A stretch of 64,000 nt of DNA from Tepidiformaceae bacterium (GCA_965116545.1 OZ220695.1:2632408-2696407); one strand, 5' to 3'. Counted from the first letter of the stretch, positions 1 to 12,694 are shown. The notes: generated from the letters alone by a model not told the origin. Program-made: numbers and translations.

Positions 1-2
1 TG

Positions 3-89
3 GCCATCGGTGGCGGAATCCGCATGCTTCTCCCCTTCATGAAACGCTTCGGCGGCGGCGCAAACGGCGCCTCTGGCGGTGGCGAGTGA
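3..89 (+). CDS. 3-prime end of an upstream CDS cut by the window edge (possibly an AtpI/AtpZ-type small membrane protein)
   Basis: Open frame from the window edge reads ...AIGGGIRMLLPFMKRFGGGANGASGGGE-stop. Its TGA (87-89) overlaps the GTG start of atpB (86-88). Identity is guessed from position only. Confidence 0.3.
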   Translation, partial: AIGGGIRMLLPFMKRFGGGANGASGGGE

Positions 90-1396
90 GCAGATTCAGG
101 CTCATCATCATCGCTGTTGCCGCGCTGGCGTGGATCGTCCTCGGCCTCATCGTCGCCCGCGGCCCCCAGCCCGAGATCATCGTTCCCGCCGAGGTCATCA
201 CCAAGGCCGGCTTCCTCAACATCTCCAACACGATGATTTCCGCCTGGGCGGCGATGATCATCCTCGCCGTCGGCGCCTTCCTCGCCACCCGCACGATGAA
301 GCTCATCCCCTCGGGCGCGCAAAACTTCGTCGAGTCCGTCATCGAGTTCCTCATGAGCCAGCTTGAGGACATCGCCGGCTCGAAGAACGCCCGCCGCTTC
401 TTCCCCGTCATCGCCACCTTCTTCATCTTCATCCTCCTTGCCAACTGGATGGGCCTCCTCCCCTTCTTCAACGCCATCGGCAAGACCGAGGACATCGGCT
501 ACCACCTCTTCCACGAGATCGAGGAGCACCACGCCGAGCACAAGGACTTCGACGAGGAGATCGCGCACGCCTCCGGCTGGCTGGTGGACGACACCGGCAT
601 CGGCCTCGTCCGCCCCAATGCGGACGACGCCCACTTCTCGCTGGGCGCTTCCCCCGAGACGCCCGTCTCCCCCGAGCAGGCCCTCGACAAGTACGTCGTC
701 TTCCTCGCCCAGACCTTCGTGGACTTCGACCCCGAGGACCACGGCGCCGTCGACGACGGCCACGGCGGCTTCGAGATCACCCCGGAGATGCTTACCGCCG
801 CCATCGCCGCCCTTAATGCCGATCCCGACGCGCCCAAGCTCCTGCCCGGCGACCACGACCACGGTGTCGCCAGCGCCGCCCTCGGCGACGAACTGGTCGT
901 CGGAGGGATCGACTTCCCCGGCCAGAAGCTGGCCCTCATCATCCCGCTCTTCCGCTCCGTCTACAGCGATGTCAACAACACGCTCGCGCTCGCCCTTATC
1001 TCGTTCGTCATGGTCGAGTTCTGGGGCTTCCGCACGCTGGGCTTCAGCTACCTCGGGAAGTTCTTCAACTTCAGCGGCCTCATCCCCTTCTTCGTGGGCA
1101 TCCTTGAGCTGCTCTCGGAGTTCATCCGCATCATCAGCTTCGCCTTCAGGCTCTTCGGCAACATCTTCGCCGGGGAGGTGCTCATCCTCATGCTCACCTT
1201 CCTCTTACCCTTCCTCATCGTCGACATCATTTACGGCCTGGAGCTCTTCGTCGGCTTCATCCAGGCCGCGGTCTTCGCACTCCTCACGCTGGTGTTCGCC
1301 GTCATGGCGGTCGAGCATCACGACGAGGAACACGAGGGCCACGAAGGCGAAGCCGGCCACGACAACATGGAATCCCAGGGGACCCCGGGGCAGTAG
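86..1396 (+). CDS. atpB: F-type ATP synthase subunit a, unusually long (436 aa) with a large loop insertion and a His/Glu-rich tail
   Basis: Hallmark subunit-a segments LLANWMGLLP and FAFRLFGNIFAGE (essential Arg), and several TM helices. First gene of an atp cluster. GTG start. Confidence 0.9.
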   Translation: MSRFRLIIIAVAALAWIVLGLIVARGPQPEIIVPAEVITKAGFLNISNTMISAWAAMIILAVGAFLATRTMKLIPSGAQNFVESVIEFLMSQLEDIAGSKNARRFFPVIATFFIFILLANWMGLLPFFNAIGKTEDIGYHLFHEIEEHHAEHKDFDEEIAHASGWLVDDTGIGLVRPNADDAHFSLGASPETPVSPEQALDKYVVFLAQTFVDFDPEDHGAVDDGHGGFEITPEMLTAAIAALNADPDAPKLLPGDHDHGVASAALGDELVVGGIDFPGQKLALIIPLFRSVYSDVNNTLALALISFVMVEFWGFRTLGFSYLGKFFNFSGLIPFFVGILELLSEFIRIISFAFRLFGNIFAGEVLILMLTFLLPFLIVDIIYGLELFVGFIQAAVFALLTLVFAVMAVEHHDEEHEGHEGEAGHDNMESQGTPGQ

Positions 1397-1723
<327 letters not shown>

Positions 1724-1757
1724 TAGGCGGTAACGCCAATCGGAGAAGGAGCTCGTT

Positions 1758-2270
1758 ATGGGCGAAGCCTTCACGGCTCTCGGCATTAATCTGCCGCAGC
1801 TGATCGCGCAGGTCGCGAACTTCATCGTCCTGCTGCTCATCCTGCGCTTCACCCTCTACAAGCCCGTCCTGCGCATGCTCGACCAGCGCCGCGAGCGCAT
1901 CGCCGAAGGACTCGGGGCGGCCGAACAGGCCCGCGCCGAAGCCTCCGACGCCCAGGAGCGCATCCAGGACCAGCTTGATGAGGCCCGCGGACAGGGTCAG
2001 GAGATCGTCGCCAACGCCCAGCAGGTGGCGGCCCGCATCCAGGACGACGCCCGCCAGCAGGCGGAGCGCGACCGTGAGGCGGCCGCTGAACGCTCCCTCC
2101 AGGAGATCCAGCTGGAACGTGACCGCGCCATCGCCGACCTCCGCTCGGAGTTCGCCGAGATCACCGTCACCGCTGCCGAACGCGTCATCCGCGAGTCCCT
2201 CGACGACGATGCTCACCAGCGCATCATCGAAGAGACCCTCGCGGAGTCCGACCTCGGGGAGCGCAGCTAG
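1758..2270 (+). CDS. atpF: F-type ATP synthase subunit b
   Basis: 170 aa with an N-terminal TM helix (IVLLLILRF) followed by a long charged helical stalk rich in A/E/R/Q. Position between atpE and atpH. Confidence 0.88.
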   Translation: MGEAFTALGINLPQLIAQVANFIVLLLILRFTLYKPVLRMLDQRRERIAEGLGAAEQARAEASDAQERIQDQLDEARGQGQEIVANAQQVAARIQDDARQQAERDREAAAERSLQEIQLERDRAIADLRSEFAEITVTAAERVIRESLDDDAHQRIIEETLAESDLGERS

Positions 2271-2801
2271 ATGGCCGATAGGCAGGCGGCAAAGCGCTAC
2301 GCACAGGCGGCTTTCGCCATCGCCCGCGATGGCGATGCGATCGCCCGCTGGCGCGCCGACCTGGACGACGTCGCCGCCGTGCTGGCGGATTCCGACGCCG
2401 CCGGCTGGTTCGCCGCCCCGCGCGTGCCCGTCGCCGAGCGCCAGGCCGGCGCCGAGCGTGCCCTTGATGTGGATCAGCTCGCGCTGAACCTCGCCAGGCT
2501 GCTCATCGCCAAGGGGCGCACGCTCGAGGCCCGCGAGATCGCGGATGCCTTCAGCCGCCTCGCCGATGAGCACGAGGGCCTCGCCCAGGCCGAGATCACC
2601 ACTGCCGTCCCCCTCCAGCCCGACCAGGTGGCCGCCATGGAGCAGCGCCTCGGGGAGGCCCTGGGGAAGCAGATCACCGCCACCGCCGATGTCGATGCCG
2701 ACATCATCGGTGGCGTCGTCCTCCGTATCGACGACCATCTCATCGATGGCAGCGTGCGCAGCCGCCTCCGGCGCTTGCGCCGGGAGCTGAGCGGCGCCTA
2801 G
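2271..2801 (+). CDS. atpH: F-type ATP synthase subunit delta (OSCP)
   Basis: 176 aa. ATG directly follows the atpF stop. The C-terminal motif [15 protein letters not shown] is typical of delta/OSCP. Position before atpA. Confidence 0.85.
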   Translation: MADRQAAKRYAQAAFAIARDGDAIARWRADLDDVAAVLADSDAAGWFAAPRVPVAERQAGAERALDVDQLALNLARLLIAKGRTLEAREIADAFSRLADEHEGLAQAEITTAVPLQPDQVAAMEQRLGEALGKQITATADVDADIIGGVVLRIDDHLIDGSVRSRLRRLRRELSGA

Positions 2802-2826
2802 CCGCACCACACAAGAGGGAAGCAGC

Positions 2827-4329
2827 ATGGCCGTTCGCGCCGAAGAGATCGCATCCATCCTCCGCGAGCAGATCGAGCAGTTCGAGGCTCCGTCCGTCGC
2901 GACCGACGTTGGCGTCGTCATCGAAGCCGGCGACGGCGTGGCCCGCGCCCACGGGCTCAGCAACGCCCGCTACTCCGAGCTGCTCGAGTTCCCCAACGGC
3001 ACCATGGGCCTCGCCCTCAACCTCGAGGAAGAGTCCGTCAGCGCCGTTGTCCTCGGCGACTACGAGGGCATCAAGGAAGGCGACGAGGTGCGCGCCACCG
3101 GCCGCATCATCGAGGTGCCCGTGGGCGACGAGCTCATCGGCCGCGTCGTCGATGCCCTCGGGAACCCCATCGACGGCAAGGGTCCTATCGGCACCACGAA
3201 GACCCGCCCGGTCGAGCGCATCGCCCCTGGCGTCACCCTCCGCCAGAGCGTCGATACCCCCGTCCAGACCGGCATCAAGGCCATCGACGCGATGATTCCC
3301 ATCGGGCGCGGCCAGCGCGAGCTCATCATCGGCGACCGCTCCACGGGCAAGAGCGCCATCGCGCTCGACACCATCATCAACCAGAAGGGCGGCGACCTCG
3401 TCTGCATCTACGTCGCCATCGGCCAGAAGGCCGGCAAGGTCGCCCAGGTGCTCGGCCAGCTCGAAGAGCACGGCGCCATGGAGCACACCATCATCGTCGC
3501 GGCGGGCGCCTCCGAGTCCGCCGCCCTCCAGTACCTCGCCCCCTACGCCGGTTGCGCCATGGGCGAGGAGATCATGGAAAGCGGACGCGACGCCCTCATC
3601 ATCTACGACGACCTCAGCAAGCACGCCTGGGCCTACCGCCAGATCTCCCTCCTCCTGCGCCGTCCCCCCGGGCGCGAGGCGTACCCCGGCGATGTCTTCT
3701 ACCTCCACAGCCGCCTGCTCGAGCGCGCGGCCAAGCTGGATGCGGGCGGTTCCCTCACCGCCCTCCCCATCATCGAGACCCAGGCCAACGACGTGTCGGC
3801 CTACATCCCCACCAACGTCATCTCCATCACCGACGGCCAGATTTACCTGGAGCCGGACCTCTTCAACGCCGGTATCCGCCCGGCCCTCAACGTTGGCCTC
3901 TCCGTGAGCCGCGTCGGTGGCGCCGCCCAGACGCGCGCCATGCGCTCCGTCGCCGGGCGGCTCAAGGGCGACCACGCCCAGTTCCGCGAGCTCCAGGCCT
4001 TCGCCCAGTTCGGCACCAGCGACCTCGACGCCGCCACCCAGCGCCAGCTCGAGCGCGGCCTCCGCGCCAACGAGGTGCTCAAGCAGCCCCAGTTCGCCCC
4101 GCTCGGCATGTCTCAGGAAGTCGCTGTCATCTTCGCCCTTACCAACGGGCTGCTCGACGACGTGCCCACCGAGAAGATTGGCAGCTTCGAGTCCGCCTTC
4201 GTCAGCTTCCTCGCCAGCAACAAGCCCGACCTCGTCGCCCGTGTCGAGGCGGAGCGCGAAATCAGCGACCAGAGCGACGAGGAGCTGCGAGCCGCCGTCG
4301 CCGAGTTCAAGGAGTCCGTCCCCTACTAG
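2827..4329 (+). CDS. atpA: F-type ATP synthase subunit alpha
   Basis: 500 aa with Walker [11 protein letters not shown], plus [43 protein letters not shown] and other alpha-specific blocks. Confidence 0.98.
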   Translation: MAVRAEEIASILREQIEQFEAPSVATDVGVVIEAGDGVARAHGLSNARYSELLEFPNGTMGLALNLEEESVSAVVLGDYEGIKEGDEVRATGRIIEVPVGDELIGRVVDALGNPIDGKGPIGTTKTRPVERIAPGVTLRQSVDTPVQTGIKAIDAMIPIGRGQRELIIGDRSTGKSAIALDTIINQKGGDLVCIYVAIGQKAGKVAQVLGQLEEHGAMEHTIIVAAGASESAALQYLAPYAGCAMGEEIMESGRDALIIYDDLSKHAWAYRQISLLLRRPPGREAYPGDVFYLHSRLLERAAKLDAGGSLTALPIIETQANDVSAYIPTNVISITDGQIYLEPDLFNAGIRPALNVGLSVSRVGGAAQTRAMRSVAGRLKGDHAQFRELQAFAQFGTSDLDAATQRQLERGLRANEVLKQPQFAPLGMSQEVAVIFALTNGLLDDVPTEKIGSFESAFVSFLASNKPDLVARVEAEREISDQSDEELRAAVAEFKESVPY

Positions 4330-4337
4330 GGAGCGCC

Positions 4338-5228
4338 ATGCCCACCATCCAACAACTGCGCCGCCGCATCGGGTCCGTTCGGAATACCGCCAAGATTACG
4401 AACGCGCTCCAGCTCGTGGCGGCGTCCAAGATGCGCCGCGCCCAGGAACGCGCCACCGAGGGCCGCCCCTACGCGGAGAAGATCCAACTCGTCCTCTCCT
4501 CCCTCGCCGCAACCGCCCCCGGCGGCGGCGATGGCGACAGCGACGAGTCGCATCCCTTCCTCACCCAGCGCCCCGTCGAGAACATCGGAATCCTCCACGT
4601 CACTCCCGACCGCGGCCTCTGCGGCGCCCTCAACGCCAACCTGAACAACAGCGCGGGCGGGTTCGTCGGCGACGCCGAGACGCCCACCGCCATCGTCGCG
4701 GTGGGCCGCAAGGGACGCGACTTCTTCATCCGCTCCCGCCAGAACGTAGCCGCCGAGTTCACCGAGCTCGGCGACTACCCCGCCCTCACCGATACGAGCG
4801 TCATCGCCCGTCTCGTCATGGACGACTACCTCGCGGGCAACGTCGACCAGGTCTTCATCAGCTTCGCCGAGTTCGTCAGCACGGTGAACCAGCGCCCGGT
4901 CGTGCGCCGCCTCCTTCCCGTCGAGCCCCCCACCGCCGAGGACGAAGCCGAGGCCGAGGCCCTGCGCCAGGAGTACATCTTCGAGCCCGATCCCGGCGAC
5001 GTCTTCGAGCGCCTCCTGCCCCGCTACGTGGAGATGCAGGTCCACGCCGCCATCCTCGAGTCGGCCGCCTCCGAGCAGTCGGCCCGCATGGTCGCCATGA
5101 AGAACGCGACCGACAACGCCACCGAGATCGAGCAAGACCTCACCCTCACCTACAACAAGGCTCGCCAGGAGCAGATCACCACCGAGCTGCTCGACATCGT
5201 CGGTGGCGCCGAGGCCGTCAGTGAGTGA
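4338..5228 (+). CDS. atpG: F-type ATP synthase subunit gamma
   Basis: Begins MPTIQQLRRRIGSVRNTAKITNALQLVAASKMRRAQ and ends LTLTYNKARQEQITTELLDIVGGAEA, both canonical gamma termini. The listed ORF 3552..5228 extends upstream over atpA in another frame, so ATG 4338 is taken as the start. Confidence 0.93.
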   Translation: MPTIQQLRRRIGSVRNTAKITNALQLVAASKMRRAQERATEGRPYAEKIQLVLSSLAATAPGGGDGDSDESHPFLTQRPVENIGILHVTPDRGLCGALNANLNNSAGGFVGDAETPTAIVAVGRKGRDFFIRSRQNVAAEFTELGDYPALTDTSVIARLVMDDYLAGNVDQVFISFAEFVSTVNQRPVVRRLLPVEPPTAEDEAEAEALRQEYIFEPDPGDVFERLLPRYVEMQVHAAILESAASEQSARMVAMKNATDNATEIEQDLTLTYNKARQEQITTELLDIVGGAEAVSE

Positions 5229-5879
5229 CGCGCCCCCCTTCGCCGCGGTCATCTTCGACATGGACGGTGTCCTCGTCGATGGCGAACCCATCTACTACGG
5301 GGCCGCCAGCGCGGTGCTCGCCGAGGACGGCATTGCCTTCCCCCTCGACCAGTTCAAGCGGTACATGGGCACGAAGGCCGGCTGGACCGAGTTCGTTGTA
5401 GACCTCGGCCTGCCTCGCCCCGCCGCCTACTACCGCGAGCGCTGCACCGAGCTCGTAGCCGCCGCCTATCGCTCCGTCGACCTCGCCCTCCCCGGCGCCG
5501 TCGAGCTGGTACGCGGCCTTCGCGAAGCTGGCGTGCCCCTGGCCGTGGCCTCCTCCTCGCAGCGGGCGAACGTCGAGACCTGCCTCGGCCAGCTCGGCAT
5601 CGTCGATGCCTTCGACGCGATCGTCGCCGGTGACGACATCACCCACGGCAAGCCGCAGCCCGACATCTACCTGCGCGCGGCCGGACTCCTCGGCGTCGCC
5701 GCCTACCGCTGCCTCGCCATCGAGGACGCCCCCGCCGGCATCCGCGCCGCCCACGCCGCCGGCATGACCTGCTGGGCCGTTCGCACCGAGTACACCCGCG
5801 ACCTGCCCCTCCCTGACCCCGACCGCACGCTTGAATCGCTTACCGAGGTCGACCTCGCCGACATCGCCGGGGTGCCCGC

Positions 5880-5883
<4 letters not shown>
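5203..5883 (+). CDS. HAD-superfamily hydrolase (beta-phosphoglucomutase/phosphatase-like, subfamily IA)
   Basis: HAD motif I FDMDGVLVD, motif II-like VASSS, and motif IV-like IEDAPAGIRAAHAAGM. Start is GTG 5203 or in-frame GTG 5221. Either overlaps the atpG stop. Confidence 0.85.
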
Positions 5884-8055
<2,172 letters not shown>

Positions 8056-8056
<1 letters not shown>

Positions 8057-8502
8057 TGCCGCTCTTCGTCGAGATCGTCACCGCCGAGCGCGTCGTCCGC
8101 ACCGAAGAGGACGTCGAGGTGCTCATCGCCCCCGGCAGCGAGGGGCAGCTCGCGATCCTGCCCCGCCACGCCCCCCTCATGACGACGCTCGACTACGGTG
8201 AGCTCATCTTCCGGCGCGGCAACGAGGAATCCGCCTTCGCCATCGGCGGGGGCTTCCTCGAGGTGCACAGCAACCACGTCACCGTCCTCGCCGACGCGGC
8301 CGAGGCTGCCGAAGACATCGACGTGGACCGCGCCGAGGTTGCTCGCCGCCGCGCCGAGGAGCGCTTGGCCGGCGCCCGCGACGAGGGCGCAAGCGAGGCC
8401 GACCTCGCCCGCGCCCAGGCATCCATGCAGCGTGCCCTGCTGCGTCTGCGCGTGGCCGAGCGCCGCCGCCGCCGCCCCGGCCCGCCCATGCCCGGAGGCT
8501 AG
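8056..8502 (+). CDS. atpC: F-type ATP synthase subunit epsilon
   Basis: 148 aa. N-terminal beta-sandwich block (VEIVTAERVV...GQLAILPRHAPLMTTL) and a helical C-terminus. GTG overlaps the atpD stop by 1 nt. Confidence 0.9.
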
Positions 8503-8507
8503 GTCGC

Positions 8508-8873
8508 TCAGTTCCCCTGCGTGTGGTGCGTCTTCCGTTCGGTCAGGCTGACCAGGTTCCCGTCTGGATCGAGGTAGCGCGCCTCCCGCCCCCAGGGGGC
8601 GACGTAAGGCTCCCGATCGACCGTCGCGCCCATTGCCACCAGCCGTTCGTGGGCCGCGTCGAGGTCCTCGACGAAGAGGCCGAAGGCGGGCTCGCGCGGC
8701 GCTTCTTTCGGGAAGAGGGCGAAGTGGAAGTAGGGGTCGTGCCACGAGATCTCCTCGTGCACAGGATCCTCGTTCCGGTTGAGCGCGACCCCGAGGCCGT
8801 CCCGGTAGAAGCGCACCGAGGCCTCCAGGTCTTCCACGTGAAAGGCCGCGAAGCAGGGCCGGACATCGGTCAT
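8508..8873 (-). CDS. Glyoxalase/bleomycin-resistance/dioxygenase (VOC) family protein
   Basis: 121 aa. A VOC-like pattern FHVEDLEASVRFYRDGLG ... YLDPDGNLVSL. Convergent with atpC. Confidence 0.75.
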   Translation of the reverse strand: MTDVRPCFAAFHVEDLEASVRFYRDGLGVALNRNEDPVHEEISWHDPYFHFALFPKEAPREPAFGLFVEDLDAAHERLVAMGATVDREPYVAPWGREARYLDPDGNLVSLTERKTHHTQGN

Positions 8874-8985
8874 GGCGAACCTCCTCCCGCCTCAGCATAC
8901 GGTTCCCGGCAGCTGCCACAGCCGGGACCGAGGCGGACCGTCAGTTTGCGGCTGCTTTCGCCCCGCCCCCATACTGAGCCTCAGG

Positions 8986-10260
8986 ATGGTCTCTAAACGT
9001 GGACACGGCTCCCGCTACCAGGTGCGGGGTGGCGCTGTCCTCAAGGGCTCCGTGCGAATCTCCGGCTCCGCGAATGCCGCCCTCGCCTCAATGTGCGCCG
9101 CTCTCCTCACCGATGAGACCGTCGTTCTGGAGAACGTCCCCGCCGTCTCCGACATCGATTCCCTCGCCGACCTGCTCGCGCACCTCGGCGCGACCGTCGA
9201 GCGTCCCGGGCCGAACCGCGTCGAGATCAACGCCTCCAGGGTGGGCACGCTCGAGGCCCCCATCGACCTCGTCTCCGAGAACCGCGCCTCCTTCCAGGTC
9301 ATGGGCCCCCTCCTCGCCCGCCACGGCTTCGCCGCCCTCCCTCCCCCCGGCGGCGACGTCATTGGTCAACGCCCCATCGCCGTCCACCTCGACGGCTTCG
9401 AGGCCATGGGCGCCACAATCGACCGCGTTGGTGAGCACTACCAGGCGCGTGCCCCCCAGGGCCTTTCCGGCACGCGCGTCTTTGCCGACTATCCCTCGGT
9501 ATCGGGTACGCAGAACCTCATGCTGGCGGCCACCCTCGCCCGCGGCGAGACCACCATCGTCAACGCCGCCACCGAGCCCGAGGTACAGGCGCTGGCCGCC
9601 CTGCTGAACTCGATGGGCGCGCGCGTCTCCGGCGTGGGCACCCAGGTCATCATCGTCGAGGGTGTCGAGCGCCTGCACGGCACGACTTTCGCCCTCGTGC
9701 CCGACCGCATCGAGGCCGGCACCTTCGCTATCGCCGCCGCCATGACGGGTGGCGACGTCGAACTCGTCGATGCCCCCGTGGCCGTGATGGACGCCATCAT
9801 CACCAAGCTGCGCGCCGCCGGCGCCACCGTCGAGGCGCGCGAAGGCTCCCTCCGCGTCGCCGCCGGGAGACGCCTCGCGCCCGTCGGCTTCCAGGCGCTC
9901 CCCTACCCGGGCCTCGCAACCGACCTGCACGCCCCCATGGCCGCGCTCCTGACCCAGGCCGATGGCGTTTCCATCATCCACGAGCGCGTCTTCGACAACC
10001 GCATGCTCTACGTCGACGAGCTGCGCAAGATGGGCGCCGAGATCATCAGCACGGGTTCCTCCGCCATCGTCAGCGGCCCTACCCCCCTCCACGGGGCGCG
10101 CGCCCGCGCCCTCGATGTGCGCGCCGGCGCCGCCGTCCTCCTCGCCGGGCTCGTCGCCAGCGGTACCACCGTCATCGACGACATCTACCACCTCGACCGC
10201 AAATACGAGTGCCTCGACGCGAAGCTGGGCGCGCTCGGCGCCGAGCTGGAGCGGGTGTAA
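8986..10260 (+). CDS. murA: UDP-N-acetylglucosamine 1-carboxyvinyltransferase
   Basis: MurA blocks throughout (VRISGSANAAL, GGDVIGQRPIAVHLDGF, PYPGLATDLHAPM, IYHLDRKYE). ATG 8986 chosen. The track ORF start at 8872 adds an implausible Cys/Arg-rich leader. Confidence 0.93.
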   Translation: MVSKRGHGSRYQVRGGAVLKGSVRISGSANAALASMCAALLTDETVVLENVPAVSDIDSLADLLAHLGATVERPGPNRVEINASRVGTLEAPIDLVSENRASFQVMGPLLARHGFAALPPPGGDVIGQRPIAVHLDGFEAMGATIDRVGEHYQARAPQGLSGTRVFADYPSVSGTQNLMLAATLARGETTIVNAATEPEVQALAALLNSMGARVSGVGTQVIIVEGVERLHGTTFALVPDRIEAGTFAIAAAMTGGDVELVDAPVAVMDAIITKLRAAGATVEAREGSLRVAAGRRLAPVGFQALPYPGLATDLHAPMAALLTQADGVSIIHERVFDNRMLYVDELRKMGAEIISTGSSAIVSGPTPLHGARARALDVRAGAAVLLAGLVASGTTVIDDIYHLDRKYECLDAKLGALGAELERV

Positions 10261-10263
10261 CAG

Positions 10264-11325
10264 ATGGCCTTCGGCTTCCTCGCCAACACGCGCGCCGGCA
10301 TCGATCTCGGTACGGCCAACATCCTGGTCTTCGTCCAGGGGCAGGGCATCGTCGTCAACGAGCCCTCCGTCGTAGCACGACATAATCGGGACGACGCCAT
10401 CGTTGCCGTCGGCGCCGAAGCGCGGATGATGCAGGGCCGCACGCCCGGCGCTCTCAGCATCATCCGCCCCATGCGCGAAGGCGTTATCGCCGACTACCTC
10501 ACGACCGAAGCGATGATGCGCTACTTCATCGGCGTCGTGACGGGGCGCTTCAACCTGATCCGCCCCGAGATCATGGTGACCGTTCCCGCCGGCGTGACCA
10601 GCGTGGAGCAGCGCGCCGTGCGCGACGCCGCCGAGCAGGCCGGCGCCCGCCGCCCTGCCCACCTCGTCCCCGAGCCCCTCGCGGCCGCCATCGGAGCGGG
10701 CGTTCCCGTGGGTACCCCGCGCGGCAACATGATCGTGAACATCGGCGGGGGCCGCACCGAGGCCGCCGTCATCTCCCTCTACGGGATCGTCGTCAGCGAG
10801 TCCGTCCGCATAGCCGGTGACCGCATCGACGAAGCGATCCAGGCCTTCGTTCGCCGCCGCCACAACCTCATCATCGGCGAGAGCACGGCCGAGGAGATCA
10901 AGATCGCGATCGGCTCCGCCATCCCCCTGGATGAGGGCATCTCCACCCAGGTCCGCGGCCGCGACCAGCTCAGCGGCCTGCCCCGCACCATCACCCTCAA
11001 CGGCGACGAGATCGCCCAGGCCATCCAGGACGCCCTCGGCCAGATCATTCAGGCCGTCCGCAGCGTCCTCGAACGCACGCCTCCCGAGCTCGCCGCCGAT
11101 GTCATCGACCACGGCATCGTCCTCACCGGCGGCGGCGCCTTGCTGCGCCACTTCGACGAGCTTCTGACGCAGGAGACGGGCGTCCCCTGCTATGTCGCCG
11201 ATAGCCCCCTCGAATGCGTCGCCGTCGGCGCCGCCATCGCCCTCGACCACCTCGAGATTATCGAGCGCAGCCTCCCGACCGAGGAGGAGCAACTCGTGGG
11301 CCTCTTCCCCCAACCCGATCGCTGA
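10264..11325 (+). CDS. mreB: Rod shape-determining actin homolog MreB
   Basis: [43 protein letters not shown] and [11 protein letters not shown] are actin-fold phosphate and adenosine motifs. Confidence 0.95.
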   Translation: MAFGFLANTRAGIDLGTANILVFVQGQGIVVNEPSVVARHNRDDAIVAVGAEARMMQGRTPGALSIIRPMREGVIADYLTTEAMMRYFIGVVTGRFNLIRPEIMVTVPAGVTSVEQRAVRDAAEQAGARRPAHLVPEPLAAAIGAGVPVGTPRGNMIVNIGGGRTEAAVISLYGIVVSESVRIAGDRIDEAIQAFVRRRHNLIIGESTAEEIKIAIGSAIPLDEGISTQVRGRDQLSGLPRTITLNGDEIAQAIQDALGQIIQAVRSVLERTPPELAADVIDHGIVLTGGGALLRHFDELLTQETGVPCYVADSPLECVAVGAAIALDHLEIIERSLPTEEEQLVGLFPQPDR

Positions 11326-11342
11326 CCTACCCTCGTCCCTTC

Positions 11343-11936
11343 GTGCCTGAGAACGCTTCTGCCGAGCCGCTGGCCGTCGGCCCCAACATCAGCGTCGTTG
11401 GCGATAGCTGCTCGGGCAAGACGACCACCGCCGCCGCCCTTGCGGAGCGGCTCGGCTTGCGCCACGTCGAGCTCGACGCACTCAGCTGGCAGCCCAACTG
11501 GATCCCTACTCCCGACGAGATCCTGCTGGAGGGCGTGCGCCAGGCCATCGCCGAGCCGGGGTGGGTCATCGATGGCAACTACGGCCGCATCGTCCGCCCT
11601 CTCACCTGGGCGGCCGCCGACACCGTGGTCTGGCTCGACTTTCCCCTGCGCATCACCCTCCCCCGGACGCTCGCCCGCTCATGGCGCCGCTGGCGAACGC
11701 GGGAACTGCTCTGGGGAACGAATCGCGAGCGCTTTTGGGAGCACTTCCTGCCCTGGGACCGCTCCCTCATCTGGTGGACCCTCAAGAGCCACTTTCGCCG
11801 CCGCAAGGCCTACACGGCGGCCATGACCGACCCCCAGTGGGAAGGCACGCAGTTTGTGCGCCTGCATTCCCCCGCCGAGGTCGAGCGCTTCCTGGCGCAT
11901 GTGAGGCTCGTGGAACCGAAGGCGAAGAGCGCCTAG
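11343..11936 (+). CDS. P-loop NTPase/kinase-like protein (adenylate-kinase or topology-modulation-protein-like)
   Basis: Walker A GDSCSGKTT near the N-terminus, about 195 aa. GTG 11343 chosen because the upstream part of the ORF overlaps the mreB 3-prime end. Confidence 0.6.
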   Translation: MPENASAEPLAVGPNISVVGDSCSGKTTTAAALAERLGLRHVELDALSWQPNWIPTPDEILLEGVRQAIAEPGWVIDGNYGRIVRPLTWAAADTVVWLDFPLRITLPRTLARSWRRWRTRELLWGTNRERFWEHFLPWDRSLIWWTLKSHFRRRKAYTAAMTDPQWEGTQFVRLHSPAEVERFLAHVRLVEPKAKSA

Positions 11937-12571
11937 CTCGGTTCGGGCGCCAGTTCCTTCAGGTAGTAGGTCATCCCCTGCATCATCACGACCGGGTCGA
12001 TCTGCCGGATCGAAACACCGTCGGGCACGTGCGCCGAGATCGGGGCGTAGTTCAGGATCGCGTGTACGCCGCTCGCCACCAGCCGGTCCACAACCGCCTG
12101 CGCATGCTCTGCCGGTACCGCCACCACGGCGATGTCGACTTCCGCGGCTGCGATGTAGTCCTCAAGGTCGTCCATCGACCGTACTTCGATGCCCTGGATG
12201 ACCTTCCCCGCAACATCGGGTGCGGCGTCGAAGGCTGCGATCGTATTGAATCCCTGCTGCGCGAAGCCGTCGTACTCCAGGATCGCCTGGCCCAGCCGCC
12301 CGATCCCCACCACGCAGACGCTCCAGGTCCGGTCGAGCCCGAGGATGGCGCGCAACTCGTCCAGCAGGTCGCCTACGTTGTAGCCGCGGCCCTGCTTGCC
12401 GAACCGTCCGAAATAGCTCAGGTCCTTGCGAATCTGCGCGGGCGTCACATCGAGCTGTTCGCCCAGCGTCTGCGAACTGACGACCATCTCGCCCGCCGCC
12501 GCGAGCGTTGTCAACGCGCGCGCATAGAGCGGCAGCCTGTTGATGACAACCTCGGGGATGTCGGGGGTCAT
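11933..12571 (-). CDS. rex: Redox-sensing transcriptional repressor Rex
   Basis: N-terminal winged helix (RLPLYARAL...SSQTLGEQLDVTPAQIRKDLSYFG) plus a Rossmann NADH domain (VCVVGIGRLG). Confidence 0.92.
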   Translation of the reverse strand: MTPDIPEVVINRLPLYARALTTLAAAGEMVVSSQTLGEQLDVTPAQIRKDLSYFGRFGKQGRGYNVGDLLDELRAILGLDRTWSVCVVGIGRLGQAILEYDGFAQQGFNTIAAFDAAPDVAGKVIQGIEVRSMDDLEDYIAAAEVDIAVVAVPAEHAQAVVDRLVASGVHAILNYAPISAHVPDGVSIRQIDPVVMMQGMTYYLKELAPEPS

Positions 12572-12694
12572 GTGCCGGGCCGGCCCTCCTGCTCGCGCCC
12601 GTGCGCCGCTTCGGCGGCCTACGGTTGTGAAAAATCGAACTTTTGGATGGCCGCACTGTAAACCCCGCGTTCTGAGGGGGTCAACGGTCGCGCG

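Noticed and set aside
3552-4337. Upstream 262 codons of the ORF containing atpG
   Set aside because: This part overlaps atpA in another frame and is Arg/Pro-rich. The canonical gamma N-terminus MPTIQQLRRRI begins at 4338.
9088-11313. 741-aa ORF on the minus strand
   Set aside because: Antisense to the well-supported murA and mreB. The composition is Gly/Ala/Asp/Val low complexity.
12625-12642. Rex operator candidate TTGTGAAAAATCGAAC between selA and rex
   Set aside because: Only the TTGTGAA half-site matches the TTGTGAA-n-TTCACAA consensus. The second half (TCGAAC) is poor, so it is not reported as a site.
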